A stretch of DNA of 64,000 bases from the human T2T-CHM13v2.0 reference genome, Homo sapiens: assembly GCF_009914755.1 (NCBI RefSeq), contig NC_060941.1; one strand, written 5' to 3'. Positions 13,750 through 28,394 of the stretch are shown here, one piece after another. Below the pieces are notes generated by a model. It had not been told where the DNA came from. It saw nothing but the letters and a program-made list of their open reading frames with translations, and did not search any database. A program made the position numbers and the translations under genes. Position 1 is the stretch's first letter. Every line of letters starts with the position of its first letter.

Positions 13750-14745
13750 GGCCTTTTTCACAATGAGTCGGATCACAGCATGCTTTGCTCAAAACCCTGC
13801 CTGGCTCCCAGGTCCCTCAGAGGGAAGGCCCAAGGCCTCTGGGCCTGACCTGGTCTGACGGTCACCGCCCCTCTCGGCGCTCAGCACTTACTGAGCTTGA
13901 TTCTCAAGCACACCATATACTCCTGCCTGCTTTGGGCCCCAATGTACCTGCTCCCTCTGTCCCAAAGGCTCTTCCCCAAAACATCCTCCTACAAGTCTGT
14001 GCTCAAATGTCACCTTCTCCATTCAGCCCTACAACCTGCCCTCCACCTCTCTCCCTGCACTGCACACTGGAGCTGCCTTTCCTGCCTCTGTGGTTTTTTT
14101 TCCATAACACTATCACCTCCTTACATACTAGATAATTTACATACTAACTATTTTTTACTGTTTAGCCTGCCCCACCTTGACAGCCAGTGTGGATGCAGGA
14201 CAGGAAAGACAAAGGAGGAATGATGGCTGACCCAATGCTTCTCATCTTTCCTGGCCCCATGATGTGGTTTGGCTCTGTCCCTACCCAAATCTCATCTTGA
14301 ATTGTAGCTCCTATAATTCCCAGTGTTGTGGGAGAGACCTGGTGGGAGTTAATTGAATCATGGGGACAGTTTCCCCCATCCTGTTCTCATGGTAGTGAAT
14401 AAGCCTCACGAGATCTGAAGGTTTTATAAGGGGAAATCCCTTTTGCTTGGTTCTCATTCTCTATTGCCTGCCCCCACATAAGACATGCCTTTCACCTTCC
14501 GCCATGATTGTGAGGCCTCCCCAGCCACGCGGAGGAGGTATGTCTGTATCAGCAGACATATGTCTCAGGTATGTCTGTATCAGCAGCATGAAAATGGACT
14601 AATATACCCCATTAGAAGCCAAGCTCCATGCCAGCAGGACAGAGCCTGTTTTGTTCAGTGTCTGTTCTCTGCCTAGAGCAGTGCCAGCAGTCCCGTAAAT
14701 ATCTATTAGATGAGTGAATGAATGAATGAACCGATCGATGAACAA
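13750..14745 (+). mobile_element. L2 3' region interrupted by THE1 LTR
   Basis: tgctcaaaaccctgcctggctccca; gctcaaatgtcaccttctc; aagctccatg...ttttgttcagtg; (gaat)n tail at ~14715-14730. Confidence 0.75.
14260..14606 (+). mobile_element. THE1-type MaLR solo LTR (internally rearranged)
   Basis: tgatgtggtttggctctgtcc...aaaatggactaatata with 5 bp TSD cccca at 14255-14259 and 14607-14611. Confidence 0.95.
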
Positions 14746-15769
14746 GTGAAGGGTGGAATTACTGCCACTCATGGGGAGGGGGCTATGCATCTCATGGAAT
14801 GAGCTGGTCTTCAGGGTGGGGTTCCCTGGGGAGTGGGGGAGAGGGCTGGCAAAGGCAGAAGGTGCTGCTTCCAGAAAGGCAGTGCCCGAAGTTTGCCTGG
14901 AAATCCCCTTGGCATCACTCATTAACTAACCCCCACCCCAATACACATCCAAACCCAAACAGTAGCTGAAGAGTAACTTCAACCATAGACTCTCTTTCCA
15001 GGCCCACGCTCCCACCGGTGAGTGCATGTAGTCATCTGGGCACCTACCGTGTGCTCCTTGGATCCCAGGATGAGCAGTGAAGAAAGGATGGCGGGGGATG
15101 AAAGAGATCCCCTCCCACCCTCATCCCACTCTCAAGGCTCTAGCTGGAAGGCAGAGGCAACACTGCAGATGAAGTTCTGAAAGTGAGATGGTGGGCAGGT
15201 AAAGGAGCTGCCAGCCCCATGGTGCCATGGCTGTGGGGTTTTAAGCAGGTGAGGTACACAGATGGTGACACAGGGAGGGGGTGTGCTGAGCACAGTGGCA
15301 GGGTACAGTCAAGTCCAGTCTTGGGGTGGGATACAGACCAGGTGAGCTGGGCTGAAAGGATCCAAATGTGAGTGGGAAGTGATGGGAAGTGAGGTGGAGC
15401 GTCCAGTGAGATTTGGTTGCTGGGACAATAAACAGAGAGCCATGATGGGTTTTTTCAAATAAGAAAATGCCATGTCCAATGCTGGATTTCAGAAAGAGGC
15501 TTAGGGAAGATACCAATAGGATTACTTTGGGGAGGAAAGACTTGGAATCCAAAGGCTGGGGCCCCTTGTGGTTATCCCAGCTTGTTCTACAAAAGCCGAC
15601 ACGAGAGGGGTGACTCGGAGAAGGGAGGGAAAGGATCAAATGGAAAATTGCTGTGGAGTCATTGTCAGGACTTAGTATTCTAGTGAATGGGGGAGTTAAA
15701 ACCAATGTCCACCTTCCTTCTACTTGAGCCATGTGGAATATGATAAAGATAAATAAGGAAGGGAACTAA

Positions 15770-16168
15770 TAGGCATCTGCTGTGACCTAGACTTTGGATT
15801 TGGTTATTTCATTCAATTCTCAGTCTCCCCTGAGGACAGGGTATTAGCATCAGCATCTTATAGATGAGGAAATTGAGGCTTTGTAATTTACCCAAGATCA
15901 TATCCAGAGCTAGGGAGATTGTAAAACACAGAAGAAAACCACTGACATTCATTGTAAATGCATAATACATCCCAGGCACTTAACTGTATATTCTTTCATT
16001 TCACTTCAAAACATAGAAGAGATTATTTTTATGATCTCCATTTTATAAATGTGGAAAGCATAGTCCAGAAAAGTGAAGGTCACCAGCCCCAGGTCACAAA
16101 GCAAAGACACAGTGGAAATGGAATTTGAACCCAGGGCATCTGGGTCCACACTCTACCACTACACTAGC
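15770..16168 (-). mobile_element. Two adjacent MIR elements
   Basis: catcttatagatgaggaaattgaggct and ccattttataaatgtggaaa...ccaggtcaca...ggaatttgaacccagg. Confidence 0.75.
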
Positions 16169-16233
16169 CTGATAGTGACAAATTTGCAACATAATCTGTC
16201 TAGTTCCAAAAATGTGTTTGCATTGTACAGCAA

Positions 16234-16470
16234 CTCAAGCAGTATTAGCTGCTCCATGGCATGATAATGTCCCCACTGGGTGTTCCCTGCACTCTGTACC
16301 CCTCATGCCCTAACAGCATCAGAACAGGAGGAAGGGGGCATTTGCTCTCTCTCCCTCTCTCCTCCTACCCATTTTCCCCACTCCCTTTCTTTTCTTTTCT
16401 TTTTTTTTTTTTTTTGCTGCTGGGCCTGCTATCTGCCATTATGACCCCTGGTGGCTCTGCAGGCAGCGGG
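16234..16470 (+). repeat. ~240 bp duplicated segment, copy 2
   Basis: Paralogous to 13234-13476; start offset is 3000 bp. Confidence 0.95.
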
Positions 16471-16924
16471 GACAACCCTCTCCCAGGCTTCATACTAGTA
16501 GAGATGATCTGTTGCTTAGTACTTACGACTGAGACTTACACCCAGTGCTGTAACTGCTGTGGATGGTGGAATCTAGACAGCCCTGGGCAAACCCAGCCCT
16601 TGCAGTAGGAGAGCGGCCCCTTGTTCCACATCCTGTTTTATTGGGAGCAGACTTCAGTCGGCAGCATGCCAGAAAGCCCTGATATCCCATTTAACCCCAT
16701 GGACAGTCTCTGCGCTCCTGAAGGCCAGCAGGTGCAATCCACCTGTTTATCTCCTGGACCCGCAGGCTTTGAGTCACCTGCTTCATGTTCTCCCTGCAAA
16801 CTGCGAGACCTCTGTGCCCTGCAGTAGACTCGGCGTGTTCAGGGCAGGTAGCAGGAGCTGTTGCATGGTGCCCCGGGGAGCTGGGAAAATTCATGGTCAC
16901 TCAAAACAGCAATAGATCCCAGCA

Positions 16925-17120
16925 ACAGTCTAGGCCTGGCTCCCTCACTAGTTAACTGTGTGACCTTGGGCGAGTGACCAAACTTCAGTCTCCCCATCTG
17001 TAGGTTGGGCATAACAGGACCTGACTGCTAGAGTTGTGAGAGGTGAAAATGAGTTGATTCAACTAAAAGCCAGGAGCACACAGCCTGGCCTGAATTAATT
17101 GTGATGACTGTTTGTACTTA
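16925..17120 (+). mobile_element. MIR
   Basis: cactagttaactgtgtgaccttgggcgagtgacc...cagtctccccatctgta...gttgtgag. Confidence 0.75.
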
Positions 17121-19009
17121 TTAACCCCTGTCTGTGGGGCTCTCCGATGGCTAACTGCAAAGCTCCTGCCTGCCAACTGCTGCTCTGAGCTGGGGGCATT
17201 AGGGATGTCTGGGCAAAGGGTTGCACTGAAGAAGGAGCAAACCTCAAAGCAAGAAGAGCCACAGGCAGGCAGCTGTACTATAACTGCCAAGTGCAACTCA
17301 CCTCTTTCTTGTCCTTTCCTGGTTCAAAGCACCCACCGAGTCAGCCAGAAACCTCTGATTCCACCTAGAAAAATAAGGGAAGAGTTACACCAGGAAGCAA
17401 GATAATGAAACTCATCTTGAAGCTTAAACGTGGACGGAGTGGTTCCTCAGTGCCAGACAGCTCCCCGCAAGCACATAGGAGTTTAATAGCTGTTTATTCT
17501 TCCATATAGACTAAAACTACATTCATCAGAAAAAGGGGAGTAATTCATTTCCTATCCCAATTATGGATATAGCAGACTGAAGAATATTTTCAAAGAAATA
17601 CAGTTTATTATGATCACAAACTTGACCTAGAGTAAACTAAGATGTAAATGGATATTTACACTGGATAGTAATTGTTTTCAAGTTATAAAAATACTTAAGT
17701 TTACAATGGACATTTACTACAAAACAACCTAATGCCACAGTGCCAAGTTGTTCTGTTTTTATTGGGTCTTTTACTCCTATGATCCTATTTCTAAATGTTT
17801 ATATGTTCTAATTTGTGATATGTCTGAATTCACTGAATGGGATGACATATGAGGAACATCTAGTGCCATGTCTGGTCCCTATTAAGCGCTCAATAAACAT
17901 CAGCTATACTATTATTAATTACACATTCCTGTTGTGGGTTTCTCTTTCATTCCACCCATATAGTTCCTGAACAAACGTACACAGATATCAGCATACTTGC
18001 TGCTGCTAAAATAGATATTTAATCTTTAAACCCAACCTCTGTTCAATCTAATTCAGACACCAGGAAGAGTAGTATTTCAAAAGGTGTTTAAAGATAATAG
18101 CCCCGTTCTACCTTTCCCCATCATTAGGCTCAAAGAAATCACTCTAGACCCTTAGGTTGGCAAATGAAAACAGAGAGAAGAAAGAAAAAAGGGAAAAAGA
18201 ATACCATCAGATTTGAAACAGAAAACTTGTAACCTTCACACACAAGAGAAAGGATTGTCTCTGGCTGGTGTTTGTTCTTTTGCTGGGTGTACATTATACA
18301 TGATCACTCCGGTGGTTTCTGAGTTACTGAGGACAGGATTGGGCTGGCACCCTGTGGCCAACTCCATCAACCAGCACCTACCACCAGATCAGATGGGAGG
18401 TCCCCTTGGGCTCCAGCACCCCCACAGCCCACAGCAGCAATACATGTTTGCTGGGCCTGCCTCCCACTACCACACCCATGAACTTAACCCAGGACCAACC
18501 TCCAATGCACAGGCTCTTGACTGCAGGGCAAAGGAGGTTGACAGTTTTAGTCCCAATGAATCATGCAACACTTGGGACCTAACTGGCCGATGCTGGACCT
18601 AACCTGCAAATGCTAGAAAACTCACCACAACAGAGCAAGCAAAACTCCACAAGACCCACCAACTCCAACCCCCGCATCTGGAACGGGTTCCTGTTTCTAC
18701 TTTATACAGAGCCACCCCCATGCGCAACCCATTTTCAGTTTGTTACTAGGTAGGAAGCATCCAATAAACTCATTCAAGCTAAAGCCCAGCTGAATGGACA
18801 TAGCTTCAGTGTTACCCCTCCATGGGGGATGTGCATTTTATCCTGACTCAGTCTTAACTCTTCACCCTGTCCCCGTGAAGCCTCAATTCTGCCAATTTAA
18901 TAATGGCAGAGATTGGGGAGAGAGAGCAGTGGGACACTGGAGAGGGATCTTTTTGAAATCCTACAGTGGGGAGTAGGTGAAAGAGGGGAGGCAGAGGCTT
19001 ACAGTGGAG

Positions 19010-19316
19010 GCTCTCAGACCTGGCTACTCATGGAAATCCCTGCCCCCTCCCCTGGGCAGCTGGAAAATCATTCTGAAGCCTGAGCCCCACCCCCAGAGGT
19101 TCTGATTGCTACAGGTGAGGCCTGGGCACTAGGATTTTTTTTTTTTTTTTTACGTTCCCCAGGTAAGTTTAATAAGTAGCAGACTCTGAGGATCATCTGG
19201 CCGTCTTGCTGAAATTTGCATTCGGGGGGTCTGGGGTGGCAGCCTGAGATTCTGCCTTTCTAAAATGCTCTTGGATGAACCCAGCACTGGGGGTCCTCAG
19301 AACACTCTGAGTTGCA
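19010..19316. mobile_element. MER5-family relics (two adjacent fragments)
   Basis: gccccacccccagaggttctgatt...ggcctgggcac; ggtctggggtggcagcctgagattctgcctttctaa. Confidence 0.65.
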
Positions 19317-20489
19317 GGGACTTAGAGGTATCCCCTCTTGCCCTCCTATGCCCCCAAGGAACCTCAGGCAAGCTGACCACATCCCTACCTCCAGCCACAG
19401 CTTTCTCCTCTGGGGTGGAAAACTCTTTTCCAGGAGGCCCCAGAGACATGCCCAGTTGACTTCTCGAGTGCCAACTGGGTAAGAGACATTACTCATGTCC
19501 CAAGAGACAGCTGCCCCCTTTCCCCTTTCCTGTAATCCTGTTCCAAGCAGTCCACCTTGTACCCTGAAGTGCACCTGGATCACTGCATTCAGCACAATGG
19601 TTTGTTTCTGCTCTGGTCCTTAAAGGGAGTAGGGGTCTCTTGCCTGCTGGCTTTTTGCATTGGCAGGATGATCAGGGCCACCAAGACACAAGGCCGCCCA
19701 GGGAGCCTGACTCTGTCCGGGGCCCACTGGCCTTGGCATCTGCCCTGTGAAGCCCTTCCGTGGCTTCACACACACCTCCCCACCACGTAGCACTGCCCTC
19801 ACTGTCCTCACCGCGGACAGCGGTGGGACAGGGAGTGGATGGCACTCCCTCGGAAAGAGGCCAACAGCAGCATGCCACGCCCGACTCCAAACCTCTGAGG
19901 GAGGCCACAGACTGCAACTGGCTACCCACAACCTGCCCCCAAGGGTCCCTCCCTGCCTTCTGCACCCCCGGCCCCACCCCTCCCGGTTCCTTCCAGACAT
20001 TCCCGGGGATGCCTGGAGCCATACACCACCTAGTGGTTCCCAGCTCAACACCAGCAACAAGGCACCTCCAACCAAGATAGAAGAGCCCTCTCCTCCAGGA
20101 CACCTTAGACTGAGGAAACAAGAAATAAAAGGCCCAGCAGGTGAGGCCACAAGGAGACATTAGGCTGGAATACGTCCAGTCCCACAAACTCACCACGTTC
20201 TCCAAAAAGTGCACCAGGAAGGCAGGAGGCCGTGCTGGAAAAGGCGGCCACACGTTACAGGAGAAGACCAGGGTGGAGAGGGAAAAATACCTGGAACGGG
20301 AAATGGGATGTCAACACTTTATGAGCTAGAGCCCCCTCTTTGGCCAGAATAAGAGTTGCAGGTTGGGGGAATTTTGGACATTCTTGATGGGTCCAAAATC
20401 AAAGCGGAGTGATTTCAACAAAACATGCCAAGTAGTCAAGAAGCCAAACCACTGGGTCCAACTTCTAGAAACCTACCCAAGGCCAACAC

Positions 20490-21012
<523 letters not shown>

Positions 21013-22520
21013 AACATCACCATTTGGTTCGGAGTTTACCTACTTTTTTTCCAGTCTCCAAATTTGTCAGCCTTTACTGAAACCCCTTGTTGAAAGCTCT
21101 TTCTGGGAGACCCCCACTTGAGCCAGGGGACCCATCCCCACCTGCCTCCCATAGGTACATCCTTTTTACTCTGGGCTCTACTGAAAGTTTTCTGACCCAC
21201 TCCAGGCAAGTTCATCCGAGGCCCCGGCACCCTGGGCCTGTTTCTGGCCAGGCAGAAGCTCCAACAGCTGCCACCCCCGCCTGTGTGTGAGAAGTGCAGT
21301 CTGGCAGGACGGAGCAGCAACTCTGAAGTCCAAACACACACACTCAGCCCCCTGCAGCATAAACACGGAGGATACATCACACCCAGGCCTATAAAAGATA
21401 ATTACACAATCTGATCTGGCAAATTAGTGCCGCAGAATGTCTAATTCTCACAATGAATTCCAGGGTTGGATCGGCAGGAAAAATTAACCTGGATCTTTAT
21501 TGGGATTTGCCCCCAGGTCAGGATTAGGGTTTATTTATCTCCTTTATTTTCCTGCTGCAGGAGGGTGGAAGGCCTTCTCTCCTGCCCGCCCCTCCCCACT
21601 GTATCCAGGCTTGGCTTTTCGATAAGCAAGCTGCCCGGTGATCTTTCCCACGCACTACCTAACCCAGCTCAGCTAAAATCAAAGAAAGCACCAACTAGGA
21701 GATACATGTGATTTTTTTTTCATAAGGAAGAGAAGGTCAGGCATCCCATATCAAGGGATTCACTAGTTGGAACAAACTCAATACAAGGTAAACAAAAGAA
21801 TGAACATTTCCAGATGGCAATGTACCTCCTAATTATTCTGGCCCGGCTCTGAAATGTTTACTTGGAGAACACTCACATATACACATTTCTCCAAACACCT
21901 TTTTCTTTCTTTCTCTCTTTCATTTGCTCTCCCTTTCCAAGGAGTCTTTCCAGAGGAGATAGTGATTAACAGGAGTCGGTACTCATCTCCTATGCTCATT
22001 AAAGAGCTAGATCACCAAAGTATTGTTACCGCAACACCAAGACAAGTTGACACCAAGCAAGGATTATCTTTCATCTAACAAAAACAAACCTGATGGCAGG
22101 CCGGCAAGTTTTCTCCTCTCTTTTTCTATCTTCCTGGGGGTTTCCCCTGCGGAAGATCATTCCCTACCCAAACTCCCAAGTCAGCCCTGCAATGACCACA
22201 CACCCAGAGCTTGAAAGACAAGACTCCAGTCAATATAGAGGGTTAGCATTCACACTTTTAGCCTACAGAAAATGTGAGTCTGTCAGATAAATGAGGCAAG
22301 CTTCCCTGCATCTAATACCCATGTGATCTGCTCACAAAATTCTTAAAAAGTGCCTCTCTCTGAGACTGACCTGGGTGAAAGAGAAACTGTGCTTTTCTAG
22401 GCTTAACGGTGGAGGGTTACAGTATTTTGCTCTGGCGTGGGCACCAAACTCCTCCACTTTGGGTTAAGGTTTATCATATGTGGGAACCTCACCTAAAAAA
22501 ACATATATACACGGGCAGAG

Positions 22521-22608
22521 GTGTGTATGTGTGTGTGCTCACGTGTGTGCATATATATATATATATTTATATTTATATATATATAATTTTATATATATTT
22601 TTTTTTTT
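22521..22608 (+). repeat. (TG)n/(TA)n/poly-T low-complexity tract
   Basis: Direct observation. Confidence 0.9.
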
Positions 22609-23158
22609 CAAGGACAATGACTTTATGGAAAAACAAACCAGTTCTAAACAACTGCCTCTGACTTAAAGCAATGAAAATGTTGTTTTCTTGTGCCTCACCC
22701 AGAGGGATTCTAGGTGACCCAGTGAGAGGTGGTGGAGAGAGAGACTAGAACGTGCAAACTTATCATCAGCTGGAGTGCAATCTTTGTAGAGTTCTAGCCA
22801 AATCGCAAACTCCAGTTCCAAATTGGGTGAGACAAGTGTGCACTTTTTGGAAGGAGATAAACACCCACTCCGTGCAGGCTACATTGAGGAGTCTCATAAG
22901 GAGCTGAGAGATAGCAAAGAAAAATATCCCTCTTCCTGAATGGTGAACACAGTGATGCCAGCTTCATTCTGAACAGCCATCCATTCTAGGTATGAATAGA
23001 GGCCATGGATGAGGAGCAAAAGAATGCCAAGCAGTCAGTAAAAATGCTGTAGACACAAGGAAAACACAATCTCAGCATATTATTAAATGATCAAAATCAT
23101 GTCATACATGCATGGGTTCTAGAGGCAGAGAGTTGCAAACTAAAATCTTAGTCTAGAC

Positions 23159-23459
<301 letters not shown>

Positions 23460-24764
23460 TTAGTCTAGACACCTTCTGGGTGTCCATTTTCTCAACCGAA
23501 AACTGGGGATAGCTGTAGTGACTACTTCTTGCCCCTTATAAACCCTCTACAACCATAATTGTTATTTTAATTTGAGGATGTAAAACAGGACTATGCTTTT
23601 TTCTATATTGCTTATTTCTATATATATAATTAATTCTAAATTAAACTGTGTATTCACCTGCTTTGCATATTTCCTGCACCATAGCAAGTAATCCATAAAT
23701 GTTAGCTATTGCTAATACTGTAAAAAAAAAAAATTATAGAATTGCATGGGTTATAAAAACAAACTTGGAAGAAGGAAGCAAAAGGTTAACATTAGTTATC
23801 TCTGGGTAGTCAGTTTAAGACTTATTTGTTTTCCTATTTTTACATGTCTAAAATAAACAGGCATTGTTTGGTGAAGACAAAAGTGTCATGGTATTTAAAA
23901 GATAATAAAAATAAGATGGACATTCATTGTTTTGAACTAGAAATAAAACTATTAAGTGTACTTAAAAAAAAACAGTAAAAATAGAAGCTACAGACTTGTT
24001 TGCTAAATCAGAAATGGCTTAGAAATCAAGGATAAAAAGTACCCCCAATAGGGTACTCTTGGGACCACTGACATGACCCAAAGTGAGACAAGAGCCAGAC
24101 ACACCCAGATGGCAAGTTCTGCTGTCAGTTACAGGGATGGGAGGACAGCTCTTTCCACTGAATGATACAGTCAATACTGGCTTGAATGTGAACCTGACTG
24201 AGAATCCTAACCCAGCTGACAGGCTGCAGGCCACAGGGTTGAACAGACCTGCTCTGTGGCATTTCCCAAATACCTGTGCCATTATAGACAGACGGTTCTC
24301 ACAACACCCGCCTTTCGGTTCAGGACCTACAGCCCCTTGCACTTCCCCACGCCTGTTACACAAGCCCAGGCTGGGAGCAGAGGGCGAGCTCCACGACAGC
24401 CTGCAGAGGCCATGCCAGAAATATGGGGTCTGCAGCCCCACATGAGCCCAGGAAAGCAAGAGTAGACTTGATCCTCAGAGTCCATCTTCCAACTCTCCAG
24501 GCCTCCCAAGAAGGTGGGAATGCAGGTGACAAGGGGGCCTCGCTCAAGTGCCCAGAGCTCAGACGCTCCCCCCTACTTTCTTGGCTCCCCTTCTTCCTCC
24601 CAGGTCCAGCACAAAGGGGAACCCGAGGCACAGTCCTCAGCCCATCCTAATTCCTGTTGCTTGCCCTCTTCCTTGAAGACGTCCCAAACCCCTGTTTCGG
24701 ACCTTTTTCCTAAAGCCCCATTTTGCCAAATGCCTACAGGGCAGGCTGATGACTGATTCCAGCC

Positions 24765-25792
24765 AGGATCTCAAATTCACTACATCCAAACAAATCTCCA
24801 TATATCCTGAACCAGGCTCCTCTCAATACCTCCCCATTTCAGGGAACTGAACCTTACTCTCTTGGTCACCCAGATGGGATGCCCTCCCCTCCCATAAAGC
24901 TCATCACTGGATCCAAGCACCTCTGTTAATGCTGTTCATGATCCAACTTCTCTTATATTCCTATGACCATGAGAATGGCTAATCTCAGGTCTAGGATATT
25001 CCCATAATAATAATGTCATGTATTTGTCTATTATGTCTCTTCTTTCATTCCTTCCTTCCTTCCTTTCTTGCTTGCTTCCTTCTCCGCCGCCCCCACCCCC
25101 CAACTCCTTCTGTCGCTTTCTTTCATTTTTATTTTTGAGACAGAGTCTTGCTCTGCCACCCAGGCTGGAGTACAGTGGCCTGACATGGCTCACTGCAGCC
25201 TCAACCTTGTAGGCTCAAGCAACCCTTATGCCTCAGCCTCCCAAGTAGCTGGGACTGCAGACCTGCACCATCAGGCTCAGCTAATTTTTAAATATTTTGT
25301 GGAGATGGCGTCTCCCTATTTTTCCCAGGCTGGTCTTAAACTCTTGGCTTGAGCCATCCTCCCACCTAAGCCTCCCACAGGGCTAGGAATACAGGTGTGA
25401 GCCACCGCACCTGGACTCATCTCTTCACATATGTTCCTTTACTTAATTTCCTTGACAATCCTCCCTCATCTTGCATCATTTCTTGCCCTGTACACTGCTC
25501 TTCCATTCACTATCTCTATTTCCATGCTGGAAATCTCCAAGATCTTTGATACCTCAGGGTCTTTGCACTTGCTGTTTCCTTAACCTGAAACATTTTGCTT
25601 AACTTTCAAAGTCTCCACTCAGGCCGCACTTCAGAGCCTAATCTGAAATCATATTTGTTTATTTCATTTTGGTTTGTGTCTCTGCCCACAAGATTGTTAA
25701 GATCCTTGAGTGCAGATAGCTTGTCTGTTTTATTCTCCATTTTATAATCAGCACCTGAAACGGGCCCTTTTAGGGTTGAACGAATGAATGAA
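24765..25792 (+). mobile_element. L2 fragments interrupted by AluJ
   Basis: atctcaaattcactacatccaaa; acctcagggtctttgcacttgctgtttcc; gaatgaatgaa tail. Confidence 0.65.
25117..25416 (-). mobile_element. AluJ
   Basis: atggctcactgcagcctcaacc...ggctcaagc AluJ features. Confidence 0.95.
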
Positions 25793-26373
25793 CACGAGCA
25801 TCCCTAGATGCAAGATACGGCAAGGAGGTACAGGAAGATTTAAAACTGGCTCAAGGTCCTATGGCTGGTAAGTGGCTGTGTCAACCTTTGCACCAAGGTT
25901 CTCTTTGCACAGGGGTAAAGCTGTGAGTGACCTTCTACTGTTAAAGCAACTCCCCATGTGGCTCCTTGATTTCAGACTTGCCTCTTCTGGTCCCTTCTAC
26001 GGAGTTTTCCCAGCTGCTCATTCTAAAACACCAATTAGTTCTGCCAATCTCTGCTCAGTAGTTGTCAAGGGCTCCCTACTGCCTTCCATGTACAGACCCA
26101 ACCTCTCTGCCTGAAATGAGAGGCCATCTGTACTCTGACCCCTTCTCTTTCCTCTCCAGCCTTGTTTGTAAGATGTCCCTATAGTCATCTTATCTCATAT
26201 CTACCCCCCCCCACACACTAAAGCTCACTGCTCCCCACCACCTGTAACACCTTCCCCGCTTTGCCTCTCTGCAATACGTTCCCTTGAAGCCCACCCCCAA
26301 GTCCCACCACCCACAGAAAGCCTCCTGATTTTCTGGCCCTTGGTGAAGGCTCATACTTGAGCCTTAGGGTTCA

Positions 26374-26775
<402 letters not shown>

Positions 26776-28394
26776 TTAGGGTGGGTAATAGACCTCATGT
26801 GTTTGAATTCCTAGAGCCTAGCACAGTGCACAACTCATTCGTACGAGTAGCCCTGGTTAACTGAGAGCAAGCTATGCCCCTCGCTCTGTGGTCTGTGGTC
26901 CTCCACCAACCTGTACAGACAACCTCCGCAACGGCAGAGCTCTCTGGAGACTGCTAAACTAGAAGGGCTGGACTTTCTGCTCTTGGTGGCTTGTCCATCC
27001 CTCCAGTCTTTCCCAATCCACCTCCATCTGGAGCTGCTAATGACTGTCCAAGTTTCAGCTCTCTCCTGGGTCTTCCTAGAGCAGAGTAGTCACTAACTTG
27101 AACTTAAAGATGGAGCCCAACCCACTGTGCTTAAAAAAAAAGAAAATCAAAAGTTTATGAGCCCATCGGGGGTTTCCTCCTTTAAAATCACTTCTTTGCC
27201 CCTAGGGATACCCATTGAATACGGTGTCCGTACCCATTAGCAAAGCAGAGGCCACAGAGGCCGAGCATCCCCTGGCAGGGATCATGATGTCACTGTGGTT
27301 GAACGCTGCTCCCAGCCTGTGAAGGCGGAACCACAGAAGGTGTCCTAGGCCCAGGTCCACCAACCTCACGCCAAGCCTTAGCCCCTATGTCTCGGTTTCA
27401 CCATGTTTAAATGGAAAATAAAATGCTCCACTCAAAAACACTTTTCCAATGATATTTTAAGGAAAAATGAGATCACAGAAAATTAGAGAGGTAAGTTTAA
27501 ATGGTGTGACCCCAAGCAACTTTTTTTTTTTTTTTTTTCAAAGAATCCCAAGAGGCTTGTTCACCAGAATGGTGGGAGGGGTGGGGAAGAACATTGGGGA
27601 AGATTGTAAGCCCCAGAGACCACCTGCACAGCAGCAACACTTACGCTAACGTGAAATGCTCACAATGCTATAAAAGCCCACACCTATTGCAAACAGCTCT
27701 GTCCTCCCCGGTCCTCATGCGCAACCGGACCCTGAAGTCCTTAGGTTTGTAAAAGCTGCCGACCGGCCAGGTCAACATCTGTCCCTGCCAGAGATACCAA
27801 ATGTTTCCTAAACCCACCTCAAGCCCAGCTCACTAAGCTATGAATAGTTATTAATGTTAACTCACGGCATTAATTAAAAAACGTTCAGCCAGGCAAATTC
27901 TCATACTTTTAAAAAGTCATTTGGGTAATTGCCTTTCCATGCCGCAAACTTTCCAAACGACTGACAGGTTGACATTTCACAATGTTGTTTGTTTTAATCA
28001 AGAAGGGGGGGAAAGTCAGTGTGGTTCCCCAGTTCATTTTTCAGGTGCCTTGATTTATTGATTGGCAAATCCCCACTTAATAGCTGTACAGCGAGGCTGG
28101 GGATGAATGTGGCTCCCGCCACCCTGGGTTGGTGTCTGGGCTGGTGAGGAGGGAAATGGCTTCAGGGCAGTGCCCCAGCCCTTCCTCCCCCTTCTCTTGA
28201 GTTTTAACACCCCCCCCAGGGACCAAGGCCACACTGCATGACTCCCAACCCTTATTTCAGAGGCTCACCCTCCCTACCAGACAAGGGCGACTTCCTGAAC
28301 CAACACCGAAGGCGGTGGTGCTGGTTCAGCAGACTCAGGATTTGGGGGCAGAGTGGACTAAACCCTTGGTGGTTTTCCAACCTAGTTCTTCAAA

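Noticed and set aside
13234-16234. Exactly 3000 bp offset between the duplicated copies
   Set aside because: The copies have diverged by substitutions and indels, so the round number is coincidence rather than an assembly artefact or signal.
19620-20253. Overlapping 176 and 193 aa minus-strand ORFs
   Set aside because: Several frames on both strands are open because of GC richness; no homology recognised.
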